Shown in pieces: positions 45,881 through 55,233 of a stretch of DNA of 64,000 bases; the stretch's first letter is position 1; every line of letters begins with the position of its first letter. The notes under the pieces are model-generated. The model was not told the DNA's origin. It did not search any database and worked only from the letters and a program-made list of their open reading frames with translations. Position numbers and translations under genes: made by a program. Source of the DNA: Pseudomonadota bacterium (lineage in GTDB: Bacteria; Pseudomonadota; Alphaproteobacteria; MPNO01; UBA830); the NCBI GenBank assembly GCA_036336685.1, contig JAYZFO010000008.1, positions 9,923-73,922 on the forward strand. Reading direction: 5' to 3'.

Positions 45881-46971
45881 TGACTAGACTGCAACCCAGA
45901 CCGGGAATAACAGATATAGCACCTTACGTCCCAGGAGCGTCCGCGGTTGCCGGGCGGAAAAATATTATTAAGCTATCGTCAAATGAAGGGGCCCTTGGGC
46001 CAAGTCCGCGCGCGATCGCGGCATACCAAGGTGTATCTGACGCACTTCACCGGTATCCTGACGGTGATTGTGGGGATTTGCGCACAACAATCGGAGAGCG
46101 CCACAACCTAAACCCAGACCGTATTGTTTGCGGTGCAGGCTCAGATGAATTACTAAGCTTACTGGCAAAGGCATACGCTGGTCCCGGTGACGAAATATTG
46201 TTTGGCGAACATGCGTTTGTAATGTACCCGCTTTTTGCTCAAGCCGTAGGCGCAACGCCGGTAAAAGCTCAGGAAATAAACTATACTATTTCAGTGGATG
46301 CATTGCTTGAAAAGGTAAGTTCACGCACGCGTATACTATATATTGCTAATCCTAATAATCCCACCGGAACGATGATTACAAATGATGAAATGGTGCGGCT
46401 GAGGTCGGAATTGCGGGAGGATATTTTATTAGTCATCGATTCAGCTTATGCGGAATATGTCACTCGCAATGACTATTCGCCGGGCGTCGAACTTGTAAAC
46501 ACCCATGAAAACGTTGTTATGACACGCACCTTCTCTAAGATATATGCCCTCGGCGGCGTGCGGTTGGGTTGGGCATATTCTCCAATTTCTATTTCGGATG
46601 TCCTCAATAAGATACGACCGCCTTTTAATGTAACCAGCGGGGCACAAGTCGCAGGTATCGCCGCTCTCAATGACATCGAATTTCTAACTCGTTCAAGAGA
46701 CCATAATACAGCGTGGCAACCCTGGCTTACGGAACAACTAACAGCCATAGGCTTAACGGTCGTGCCCGGAGTGGGAAATTTCGCTCTGGCCCTCTTTCCG
46801 GAAGACGGCGTTCATACCGCCAATTTAGCAATGAAATATTTGCCGTCTCAGGGGATCATTCCAAGAGGGACAAAAAGCGCGGGAATTCCGAATGGTGTCC
46901 GTATAACCATTGGTGTTGAAGCAGAAATGCGAGCCACAGTAGAAGCTATCCAAAATTATATGGGCCGTTAA
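45880..46971 (+). CDS. hisC: Histidinol-phosphate / aromatic aminotransferase
   Basis: It is a class II aminotransferase with LSSNEGALGPSP, NPNNPTG and the PLP-lysine context RTFSKIYALGGVRLGW. A TAATG overlap links it to the upstream gene. Confidence 0.88.
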   Translation: MTRLQPRPGITDIAPYVPGASAVAGRKNIIKLSSNEGALGPSPRAIAAYQGVSDALHRYPDGDCGDLRTTIGERHNLNPDRIVCGAGSDELLSLLAKAYAGPGDEILFGEHAFVMYPLFAQAVGATPVKAQEINYTISVDALLEKVSSRTRILYIANPNNPTGTMITNDEMVRLRSELREDILLVIDSAYAEYVTRNDYSPGVELVNTHENVVMTRTFSKIYALGGVRLGWAYSPISISDVLNKIRPPFNVTSGAQVAGIAALNDIEFLTRSRDHNTAWQPWLTEQLTAIGLTVVPGVGNFALALFPEDGVHTANLAMKYLPSQGIIPRGTKSAGIPNGVRITIGVEAEMRATVEAIQNYMGR

Positions 46972-47879
46972 TGACAGAAATACTTTTTAACCGTGTTGCC
47001 TTTATTGGTATGGGACTAATTGGTTCGTCACTTGCTAGGGTGATGCGGCGGGACAATCTCGCCAATTCGATCATTGCCTGCGCAAGGACAGACGAAACTT
47101 TAGAAGCTGTTGTCCGTCTGAATATCGCGGATGAGACCACTAAAGATGTTGCCAGCGCCGTGCTGGATGCTGACCTCGTGATGATATGCACACCTTTATC
47201 GACTTATAGCTCAATCGCTCAAGCTATTGGCCCTGTAATTAAAGCGGGGTCAATTGTTAGTGACGTGGGATCAGTGAAAGTATCAGCAATCAACTCTATA
47301 AAACCACATTTGCCTGAGGGTGTGCATTTCGTGCCCGGTCATCCCATCGCCGGCACCGAAAATTCGGGACCGGATGCTGGGTTTGAAAGCCTTTTTGAAG
47401 ATCGTTGGTTGCTCCTAACGCCGCCTAGAGGTACCGACCAAAAAGCAATCGACCAGATATGTAAGTTGTGGGAAGCAGCAGGAAGTAAAGTCAACTGTAT
47501 TGATCCTGAGCATCACGACCAAGTCCTCGCAATAACTTCTCATTTACCCCATCTAATAGCCTTTACGATCGTCGGAACCGCTACTGACCTTGAGGATGAT
47601 ATCAAGTCCGAGGTTATCAAATACTCCGCTTCTGGTTTTCGAGATTTTACGCGCATTGCGGCATCCGACCCGGTAATGTGGCGAGACATTTTTATTTCTA
47701 ATCGAGAGGCAGTGCTCGAAATGCTGGGACGTTTATCTGAAGATTTAGCAAGCTTACAACGTGCCATTAGAGTTGGTGACGGTGATAAACTCGAGTCCTT
47801 ATTCCGACGAACTCGAGAAATTCGTCGGGGCGTCGTCGAGGCCGGCCAGCACATACCACCGAACCCTCAAAAAAACTAA
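46971..47879 (+). CDS. tyrC: Prephenate/arogenate dehydrogenase
   Basis: It has the Rossmann motif VAFIGMGLIGSSLA, GHPIAGTENSG, and SHLPHLIAF. A TAATG overlap links it to hisC. Confidence 0.85.
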   Translation: MTEILFNRVAFIGMGLIGSSLARVMRRDNLANSIIACARTDETLEAVVRLNIADETTKDVASAVLDADLVMICTPLSTYSSIAQAIGPVIKAGSIVSDVGSVKVSAINSIKPHLPEGVHFVPGHPIAGTENSGPDAGFESLFEDRWLLLTPPRGTDQKAIDQICKLWEAAGSKVNCIDPEHHDQVLAITSHLPHLIAFTIVGTATDLEDDIKSEVIKYSASGFRDFTRIAASDPVMWRDIFISNREAVLEMLGRLSEDLASLQRAIRVGDGDKLESLFRRTREIRRGVVEAGQHIPPNPQKN

Positions 47880-47907
47880 GGTCAACTGATACAGTACACG
47901 GGCTTTG

Positions 47908-48927
47908 TTACTTCCACCTAATTTGTCCAAGCCGCCACACCGGAACCGGGCCGATATACAACCGTTGTTTTTGGACACTAAGAGGCAGTCTCACTTTTGA
48001 ACCACCGACAGCAAAAGTGCGGTTAGCAAATTTGGCCGCAAAAGCGGTTCTAGCATCTATGACGCCGGCTTCAATAAGAGCAGACAATGTCGGCTCTAAC
48101 CCCTCAATTTCAACGCTCATCGCGCCTTGGGGTTGAAGTGTCTCGTCTAAAGCGAGGGTTCCGTTGGCGCGGAGGGACAAGGGGTCCCAGTCTAATCCAA
48201 GAGTGTTTATCTCAACGGAACCACCCCCCTCACGCCACCTATTGAGAACGCCGGGTAGTTTGTCGGAAAACCGAATATCACCAATTACGACAGCATTCAC
48301 AAAAAGTCGTGAAATCTCTTCCTTGAGGCCCAGACCCGACGCTTTGGGTAAACTTAGGCCCCTAACATCGATTGTAAGAGCCATATTGTCTGCTGAAATA
48401 TTAGTCCTGGTTTGTATGTTTGCGTCCGTTTTAATTTCGAGCGCCAGAGACTGAGCTGTCACGCTGCCACTGACAGGTGAGGTTAGCGTAATCCCAGCCA
48501 GCCTCATCACTCCAGTTTTTAGCTTTCCTGACCGAAGTTGAAAATATGCGTTAGCATCTTCTAATTTGAGAATTTTAGTGTTTTTAAAACCTTTTACCGT
48601 GTGCATACCCGGTGCTTTGATTGATATCCTATTTCGGTTCCATGGCCTGACGCTTGCTACTATCTGTGGTGCAATCCATCGCCAGCTATTTTTCTGTCCC
48701 GCCAAGTCAACTCTTTCGAAATGGATACGGACGACAAACGGAAATCCGGAAATAGTTGGGCGTCCCAGGGAAACCTGCGAACCCCTCTCGCGATGATCAC
48801 TCGCCCAACGTTCCAGTCCTTTTTGAACGCCACTAACGGAGAGGTGCCAAAATACGGTATAGCCACCAAAAAGCAGAGCCAGCAGACTTCCAGTAGCTAT
48901 CAATAGCTGAACGGCTCGAGAAGACAT
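47908..48927 (-). CDS. DUF2125-like periplasmic/membrane-anchored protein (hypothetical)
   Basis: It has a single N-terminal TM segment (LLIATGSLLALLFGGYTVFW) and is 339 aa. The family call is from memory and is tentative. Confidence 0.55.
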   Translation of the reverse strand: MSSRAVQLLIATGSLLALLFGGYTVFWHLSVSGVQKGLERWASDHRERGSQVSLGRPTISGFPFVVRIHFERVDLAGQKNSWRWIAPQIVASVRPWNRNRISIKAPGMHTVKGFKNTKILKLEDANAYFQLRSGKLKTGVMRLAGITLTSPVSGSVTAQSLALEIKTDANIQTRTNISADNMALTIDVRGLSLPKASGLGLKEEISRLFVNAVVIGDIRFSDKLPGVLNRWREGGGSVEINTLGLDWDPLSLRANGTLALDETLQPQGAMSVEIEGLEPTLSALIEAGVIDARTAFAAKFANRTFAVGGSKVRLPLSVQKQRLYIGPVPVWRLGQIRWK

Positions 48928-49055
48928 TTTAACGATATACCGACAGCGTTATCCAAAGTCGATGTTATTAAACTGAAGAAATTACAATTTTTAGTTTATT
49001 TGTATAGAACAGAATTTTGTAAGTAAGATTTTTGACACCCATATTAAATACTGAA

Positions 49056-49958
49056 ATGACCGCAAAAATTCCAAGATCGTCAATCCAAAACTCTTTGCTG
49101 GTTTCAGGCCTCGCCGCGTCTTTCATATTCTTGTGGGCCAGCGGTTTCGTTGCAGCTAAATTCGGGTTGCCCTACGCGGAGCCATTCACTTTGATGGCCA
49201 GTCGTTTCATCGTCGGATCTGTTATCCTGGTACCCGCTTGTTTCTTGCTCCGCGCCGAGTGGCCTAAAACCTGGACTTCGGTATTGCATATACTGGTCGC
49301 CGGGTTCGGTATTCAGACACTCTACCTCATTGGCGTTTACTATGGGATCTGGATTGGTATTTCAACCGGAGTAGCCGCTCTCATCGTAGGATTACAACCG
49401 TTACTGACAGGTGTCCTCGCAGGAGTTGTATTAGGAGAAAATGTAACCCGAACAAATTGGATTGGTCTCTTGCTCGGTTTCTTCGGTTTAGCGCTAGTTG
49501 TCTGGGACAGGATAGCCTCTCCGATCGACACCCTCTGGGGGTTGGTGATTTTATTTGTTGGCTTGCTGGGAATCACCGCGGGTACGCTCTACCAAAAACG
49601 CTACTGTGGTCAATTTGACGTAAGAACCGGCGTAGCACTGCAGAATGTTATGTCCTGTATTCTAATGCTAATACTCGCATATACTTTTGAAAAGATGACG
49701 ATAGTTTGGACGAATGAATTTATTTTTGCAGTTTTATGGTCAGCAATCGGGCTTTCGGTCTTTGGAATTTGTTTCTACTACTGGCTTGTACAACGGGGAG
49801 CTGCAGCCCGCGTCACTAGCCTAATTTATCTGAGTCCACCAACTACTGCTATTATGGGCTGGGCAATGTTTGGTGAAATTTTGTCTTGGCTTGCAATCAT
49901 TGGTTTGTTGATCTCAATGGCCGGAGTAGCCCTCGCCGTGAGGAAATATGAAGCCTAA
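49056..49958 (+). CDS. DMT-superfamily (EamA-type) transporter, copy 1
   Basis: It has about 10 predicted TM helices in two EamA-like halves. The start is uncertain (ATG at 49056 or TTG at 49032). Confidence 0.82.
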   Translation: MTAKIPRSSIQNSLLVSGLAASFIFLWASGFVAAKFGLPYAEPFTLMASRFIVGSVILVPACFLLRAEWPKTWTSVLHILVAGFGIQTLYLIGVYYGIWIGISTGVAALIVGLQPLLTGVLAGVVLGENVTRTNWIGLLLGFFGLALVVWDRIASPIDTLWGLVILFVGLLGITAGTLYQKRYCGQFDVRTGVALQNVMSCILMLILAYTFEKMTIVWTNEFIFAVLWSAIGLSVFGICFYYWLVQRGAAARVTSLIYLSPPTTAIMGWAMFGEILSWLAIIGLLISMAGVALAVRKYEA

Positions 49959-50844
49959 AAATGCGTCAATCGCATGGGGCGGACCTTTCCTTTTTATACT
50001 TTTCTGGTCGTCAGGGTTCCCAATCACGCGTTGGGGCCTCGAGTTTGCAGAACCATTCACTATTCTATGGGTCCGCTCAGCGCTCGTTGTCTTTGTAATG
50101 TGTATTTATGCACTCTTTGTCCGGATCCCTTGGCCAGGCCTCAAAGAACTCATACACATTGCTATCGTAGGGGTCACTCTCCAGTGTTTTTACCTAGGCT
50201 CCATGTTCATGGCACTTGACGGCAACGTAAGCCAAGGGCTAGCCGCACTTATCGCAGGCATGCAACCCCTTTTAACTGCAGCGGTCGTGGGAATAGCATT
50301 ACGTGAAAGAGTAAGCCGTCTTCAGTGGATTGGATTTATTTTCGGGTTTTTGGGGCTTTTCGTGGTGCTCATAGAACGACTCGGGATCGGGTTAGCCACC
50401 ACAACCGGCATCGTTTTCTCAGCGTTAACACCTATTTTTATAACTGTTGCTTCCCTTTATCAAAAAAAATACTGCGCACACGCAGATTTGCGCGTAGTTA
50501 TGATCGTCCAACAGACCGCGGCAGGAATTTGTAATTTCTGTATCGCGTTGGTTATCGAAAGTGGCACTATTAAATGGGGTTTTGAGATTATTTTGGTATG
50601 GGCGTGGCTCGTCTTCGTTCTAACAATTGGGGCCACAAACATATATTACCTAATGTTGCGACACGGTAATGCCGCTCGGGTCTCCAGCCTGTTTTATCTC
50701 ACACCACCAACGACTATGTTTCTAGGTTGGATAACATATGGTGAAACAATGGGGATGATAGCTTTTATTGGTTTTATTATATCAATTGTTGGAGTGTTCC
50801 TCGTGACGCGTACACCAAAAGAAAATAATGGCGCCCATTCTTAA
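49948..50844 (+). CDS. DMT-superfamily (EamA-type) transporter, copy 2
   Basis: It is a paralog of the upstream gene (shared LQPLLTG/LQPLLTA, YQKRYC/YQKKYC, YLSPPTT/YLTPPTT). It has a GAGGAAA RBS and an 11-nt overlap with copy 1. Confidence 0.85.
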   Translation: MKPKNASIAWGGPFLFILFWSSGFPITRWGLEFAEPFTILWVRSALVVFVMCIYALFVRIPWPGLKELIHIAIVGVTLQCFYLGSMFMALDGNVSQGLAALIAGMQPLLTAAVVGIALRERVSRLQWIGFIFGFLGLFVVLIERLGIGLATTTGIVFSALTPIFITVASLYQKKYCAHADLRVVMIVQQTAAGICNFCIALVIESGTIKWGFEIILVWAWLVFVLTIGATNIYYLMLRHGNAARVSSLFYLTPPTTMFLGWITYGETMGMIAFIGFIISIVGVFLVTRTPKENNGAHS

Positions 50845-51098
50845 CGAGAACATCGAAGAGCCAAGAAAGTTTTGGGTTTCATACTGATGGTTCACTCACC
50901 AGCCGAATAACTGCTTCATCTCGAAGTCATCAGAAAATTATTATTACATAGCCAACTTTGGTGTAAAACGAATAAATTCGGTCATTGATAGAAGATTGCG
51001 CGCTCTTTTTCACCAGACTAAAGAGACATACAAAACTGCAGAAACACATTGTGGCGTCGCGGCGGCGGATAAACGAAATGTTGACGGAGGTAGGGGTT

Positions 51099-51941
51099 TT
51101 GAAACTCATCAGTTACCGACACAGGGGACGAGAGTCATACGGTGTAGTAAAAGACAATGGAATTGTCGATATGACAGAACGACACGACCATCCAGATCTA
51201 AAATCATCAATTTCAGGCCTATCACTTAGCAAAATAGAGAAATTAGCGTCTCGGACAGACCCCGATTTTGCTCTAGACGATATAGAATATATGTTTCCGA
51301 TAACCAACCCTGAGAAGATTTTTTGCGTAGGCCGTAATTACCGTGCTTACCATGAAGTAGTCGAGGACGGCGGGCCGAAGTGGCCGAGTATCTTCCCAAG
51401 GTTTGCGGCAAGTTTCTCGGCACACAATCAGCCAATAATTTTCCCTAAGGTATCGGACCAACTCGATTATGAGGGCGAACTCGGTGTAGTTATTGGCAAG
51501 CCGGGACGTCATGTACCAGAAGAAAACGCCCTCGATTATGTTGCGGGCTATACTATTATAAATGAAGGCAGCGTTAGAGACTGGCAATCAAAAGGCACAC
51601 AGAATTGTCCTGGAAAAAACTTCCACCGATCGGGCGCTATAGGGCCGTGGATGGTAACACGAGATGAAATTATCGACCCCGATGCATTACATATTAAAAC
51701 TTACGTTGACGCGGAAACCAGACAAAATGGGCCCACGGCAATGATGATATTCAAGATTCCTTACATCATCTCACATATCACAAAATTTACGTGGCTTGAA
51801 CCTGGCGATATCATTGCCACCGGATCTCCAGGCGGCAGCGCAATTGAAAACCACCCTAAAAATTGGCTGCGCCCTGGGGAAAAAATTAGCGTGGCTATCG
51901 AGCCAATCGGGATTCTAGAAAACAAAATTCTAGCAGAATAA
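51099..51941 (+). CDS. Fumarylacetoacetate hydrolase (FAH) family protein, copy 1
   Basis: It has EKIFCVGRNY, DYEGELGVVIGK and GDIIATGSPGG. I prefer the TTG at 51099, which has a GGAGG RBS 8 nt upstream and gives an N-terminus (M)KLISY parallel to the paralog's MKLASF. The ORF track extends to 50985. Confidence 0.82.
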   Translation: MKLISYRHRGRESYGVVKDNGIVDMTERHDHPDLKSSISGLSLSKIEKLASRTDPDFALDDIEYMFPITNPEKIFCVGRNYRAYHEVVEDGGPKWPSIFPRFAASFSAHNQPIIFPKVSDQLDYEGELGVVIGKPGRHVPEENALDYVAGYTIINEGSVRDWQSKGTQNCPGKNFHRSGAIGPWMVTRDEIIDPDALHIKTYVDAETRQNGPTAMMIFKIPYIISHITKFTWLEPGDIIATGSPGGSAIENHPKNWLRPGEKISVAIEPIGILENKILAE

Positions 51942-51954
51942 AACAGGGTAACTA

Positions 51955-52815
51955 ATGAAACTTGCAAGCTTTAAAATTGGTAATCGTCAAGGTTTTGGTG
52001 TTGTCACCGGTCATGGTGTAATCGAATTGACGGATCTCCTAAGCGGTAACCAGAAAACTCTTCACGCAGTTCTCACTACTAACGCCATCGATGAAGCTCG
52101 GGCAATTGCAGAACATGCTGCACCAGATCATCATTTTGACCAGATAGACTTTGAATTGCCGATACTAACACCCGAAAAAATCTACTGCGTAGGTCAGAAT
52201 TATCGAGAACATATAATCGAAATGGGTTTTGATATCCCGAGTTCGCCCAGTATTTTTTCTCGGTATGTGAGAACCTTTGTTCCTCATAATGGCCAAATGG
52301 TGATGCCATCACACTCTAGTCATTTCGACTACGAGGGTGAAATGACAGTAGTAATTGGGCGACCCGCGCGACACGTGTCAGAGACCGACGCACTGCAATA
52401 CGTCGCAGGTTACACAATCTGTAATGACGGTAGTGTGCGGGACTGGCAGAAAGCCGGCCCACAAGTCGCACCCGGCAAAAATTGGGAACATTCGGGCATG
52501 CTCGGCCCCTGGATAGTAACAACCGATGAGGCAGGTGATCCTGAGAACATGCCACTGACAACTCGAGTAAATGGCGAAATACGCCAGGAAGGAAATACCA
52601 ACGACCTGGTTTTCTCAGCGGCCTATCTTGTGAGTTACATTTCCACGTTTATAACTCTTATGCCCGGAGATTTGATTACGACGGGATCACCTGCCGGCGT
52701 AGCAGCTGGCTTTTCGCCCCCAAAATGGCTGCAACCGGGTGACAGAATTGAAATTGAAATCGATAGTATTGGATGCCTCGCTGCAAACGTGGAAATTACT
52801 AATAAAGACCACTAA
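51955..52815 (+). CDS. Fumarylacetoacetate hydrolase (FAH) family protein, copy 2
   Basis: It has EKIYCVGQNY, DYEGEMTVVIGR and GDLITTGSPAG. By eye it is roughly half identical to copy 1. It starts 13 nt downstream of copy 1. Confidence 0.87.
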   Translation: MKLASFKIGNRQGFGVVTGHGVIELTDLLSGNQKTLHAVLTTNAIDEARAIAEHAAPDHHFDQIDFELPILTPEKIYCVGQNYREHIIEMGFDIPSSPSIFSRYVRTFVPHNGQMVMPSHSSHFDYEGEMTVVIGRPARHVSETDALQYVAGYTICNDGSVRDWQKAGPQVAPGKNWEHSGMLGPWIVTTDEAGDPENMPLTTRVNGEIRQEGNTNDLVFSAAYLVSYISTFITLMPGDLITTGSPAGVAAGFSPPKWLQPGDRIEIEIDSIGCLAANVEITNKDH

Positions 52816-52967
52816 ATAGATCCTCTTCGAACAAGTTATGGTGCGCAATACGTGATAAATGCAGGAACCCCTCGGGCCCGCAACATATTAATGGGGTACA
52901 AAACTTCGCCGTTTATACGACCAAAACATTGTAGTCCTGTTATAACCGCAAATATGAGTCGTTTTGG

Positions 52968-53900
52968 ATGAATTTATCCACCCCCGGAACAATGGCGAAG
53001 TCCGACCTTCAAATTTCTTTTGAAAACTTCCCGGCTAATACCCAAATAAGGGTGGGACATTGGCCATCAAACAACCAAACAAACGAAGTCTTTGTAATCC
53101 TGCATGGACGTACGGAATTTATAGAGAAATACACAGAAACTGCAGCAGAATTACTGACACGGGGGTATGACGTTTGGTCGATGGACTGGAGGGGCCAAGG
53201 TTTGTCAGCCCGAGAGATTGAGAATCGACAAAAGGGGCATATTGATAGCTTCGACACATATCTGAAAGATTTAAAATGGTTTCTCACGCACATTATACCC
53301 CAGCATGACGTGAAACCTTTAGTGCTGGCGCACTCAATGGGTGCTAATGTAGTGGCGCGGACACTACTGGAACAACAAAACAATTTTAAAGGCGTTGTAT
53401 TAACTGCTCCGATGTTTGATATACCAATGAGTGGTATCAACGCATCGTTTGCAAAAGTGCTTGCGCACATAGGACAACTAACAGGCTTCCATAAGAAATG
53501 GGTCCCTGGCATGCAACACCACGCCTCAAAGGCTAAAACATTTAAAAACAATACGCTAACAAGTGACAAAGAGCGGTTTTATCAAAACCAAAACGAGATT
53601 GAAAAACAGCCAAACTTAGCAATCGATCGCCCAACAATCGGGTGGCTGCACGCCGCATTTCAAAGCATGAACGCTCTATACCGCCTGCCACCAACTGCGG
53701 ACGATTGTTGTCCGGTCCTCGTTTGCACTGCGCTGGCGGACCAAGTTGTTTCAATTAGTGCGCAGGCAGAGATATGCGCAAAGCATGGCTGGAAACAAAT
53801 ACCTTTCCACGGGTCGAAGCACGAAATTTTACAAGAAGCCGATACGATTCGTGATCACTTTTGGAGGGCATTCGACAACTTCCAATCTCAATTATTTTGA
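52968..53900 (+). CDS. Alpha/beta hydrolase, lysophospholipase-like
   Basis: It has VILHGRTEFIEKY, MDWRGQGLS, the nucleophile AHSMGA and a late GSKHE. It is 310 aa. Confidence 0.8.
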   Translation: MNLSTPGTMAKSDLQISFENFPANTQIRVGHWPSNNQTNEVFVILHGRTEFIEKYTETAAELLTRGYDVWSMDWRGQGLSAREIENRQKGHIDSFDTYLKDLKWFLTHIIPQHDVKPLVLAHSMGANVVARTLLEQQNNFKGVVLTAPMFDIPMSGINASFAKVLAHIGQLTGFHKKWVPGMQHHASKAKTFKNNTLTSDKERFYQNQNEIEKQPNLAIDRPTIGWLHAAFQSMNALYRLPPTADDCCPVLVCTALADQVVSISAQAEICAKHGWKQIPFHGSKHEILQEADTIRDHFWRAFDNFQSQLF

Positions 53901-54613
53901 TTCAACGCCTCACAAAGTAAACGCCTGTTACCCGAGTTTATGGAGTCCCTGAGGATTTCAGAAAATATTGAAATATCTTGACCGGGTTCGATAGGTGGGT
54001 GGAACTCGGCGATTATAACACCAGATTTCTTCAGAAAGCTTCTCCTTCCCCAAAAAACGCCTGAATTGAGCGAAACCGGAACTACGGGAACCCCGCATTG
54101 GCGATAAACCGAGTTAATCCCGGATTTCAGTGGCACCTCTTCGCCTGGTGGAGAGCGCGTTCCACCCGGAAAAATAACGATTGAACGCCGTTTCTGAATA
54201 CTATCGCGCACCTCCCGGATCATTTTCCGAATCTCTCCGGCGTTACCCAACCGATTAATCGAAATCATACCGAGCCGACGCACATATGCACTCAATAGAG
54301 GAACCTTAGTCAATTCGTTTTTTACAATGTAACCAGGGTCTCTTACGATGGCATAGAATGCTATTGTATCCCAGGCAGACTGATGAGCGGACGCGATTAT
54401 ATACGGTGTTTCTGGCAGGAGGTGTACGCCTCTAAATTCAAATTTTAGATTCAATAATCTGTGTTGTAGAAAGAAAATCCCGAAGACCCAAAATCTCACA
54501 GCTTCCACCAACCACCGCTGCGGTGCAACGAGGAGTGGAAGATAAAGAAATAGTAGAATAAACGTCCACAAAAATGACGCTACATTGAATGTAAGGGAGC
54601 GTACGAAATTCAA
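53888..54613 (-). CDS. plsC: 1-acyl-sn-glycerol-3-phosphate acyltransferase
   Basis: It has an N-terminal TM segment, the acyltransferase HX4D motif (SAHQSAWD) and FPGGTRS. Its 3' end overlaps the convergent hydrolase gene by 13 nt. Confidence 0.85.
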   Translation of the reverse strand: MNFVRSLTFNVASFLWTFILLFLYLPLLVAPQRWLVEAVRFWVFGIFFLQHRLLNLKFEFRGVHLLPETPYIIASAHQSAWDTIAFYAIVRDPGYIVKNELTKVPLLSAYVRRLGMISINRLGNAGEIRKMIREVRDSIQKRRSIVIFPGGTRSPPGEEVPLKSGINSVYRQCGVPVVPVSLNSGVFWGRRSFLKKSGVIIAEFHPPIEPGQDISIFSEILRDSINSGNRRLLCEALNQNN

Positions 54614-54624
54614 TTAGATCCCTT

Positions 54625-55233
54625 TCATAAAAACTTTATTTCAAAAATAGCAAATAGATATTTATGATATTCAGATATGGCGAGACGGGCCGATCCTCGC
54701 CAACGCCACCAATTATCCTGGCGAAAACCGACGGGGAAAACCGGATGTGTCACGATGCGAACTCCTGTTGAAAGGGCATGTCGAAATTCTAACAAACTCC
54801 GGGGCATATGATAGCTCGCTGTTACAATCCGAATTGATGAAATTTTTTCACGCTCAATCCAAATAGAGGTTTCCGCGGCATTTCCCCTGGTGCTGTCTGC
54901 TAGATAGCCCAAAGCTATACAACATTCAAACTCACCCGGTGCCCGGCGTGCAATTTTAAGGAGGGCCTGGACATCTACCCCTCTATAAACGCCCGATACA
55001 AAAAGTCTCTTTGCGAGGCCCCGTTCAAGCAACGAAAACCCCTCGCTCACTCGCCTGGCTCCGCCCGTAAGGACTACGATAGCATCTGATTTTTCCGCGG
55101 AAATTGGACCAGGATCCGGAATTAGTCCTGCAAAATGGTACAGGCCGACCAGCCAAACAAAAACGATTACTGACAGTATGCTCAGGGCTATTTTAACGCC
55201 CCTATTACGCCGTCTTTTTGCTCGGCGGCTCAC
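54625..55233 (-). CDS. YdcF-family (DUF218) protein
   Basis: It has a basic N-terminus plus a TM segment, then DAIVVLTGG...R and VTASYHMPR motifs typical of DUF218. Its GTG start overlaps the ftsX stop (GTGA). Confidence 0.8.
   Translation of the reverse strand: MSRRAKRRRNRGVKIALSILSVIVFVWLVGLYHFAGLIPDPGPISAEKSDAIVVLTGGARRVSEGFSLLERGLAKRLFVSGVYRGVDVQALLKIARRAPGEFECCIALGYLADSTRGNAAETSIWIEREKISSIRIVTASYHMPRSLLEFRHALSTGVRIVTHPVFPVGFRQDNWWRWRGSARLAISEYHKYLFAIFEIKFL

Noticed and set aside
53009-53569. A 186-aa ORF on the minus strand, the longest unexplained ORF in the track.
   Set aside because: It is entirely antisense to the alpha/beta hydrolase gene, which has clear HG, GxSxG (AHSMGA) and catalytic His motifs. 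The antisense product is Cys/Ser/Phe-rich with no motif and no RBS. It is a shadow ORF.
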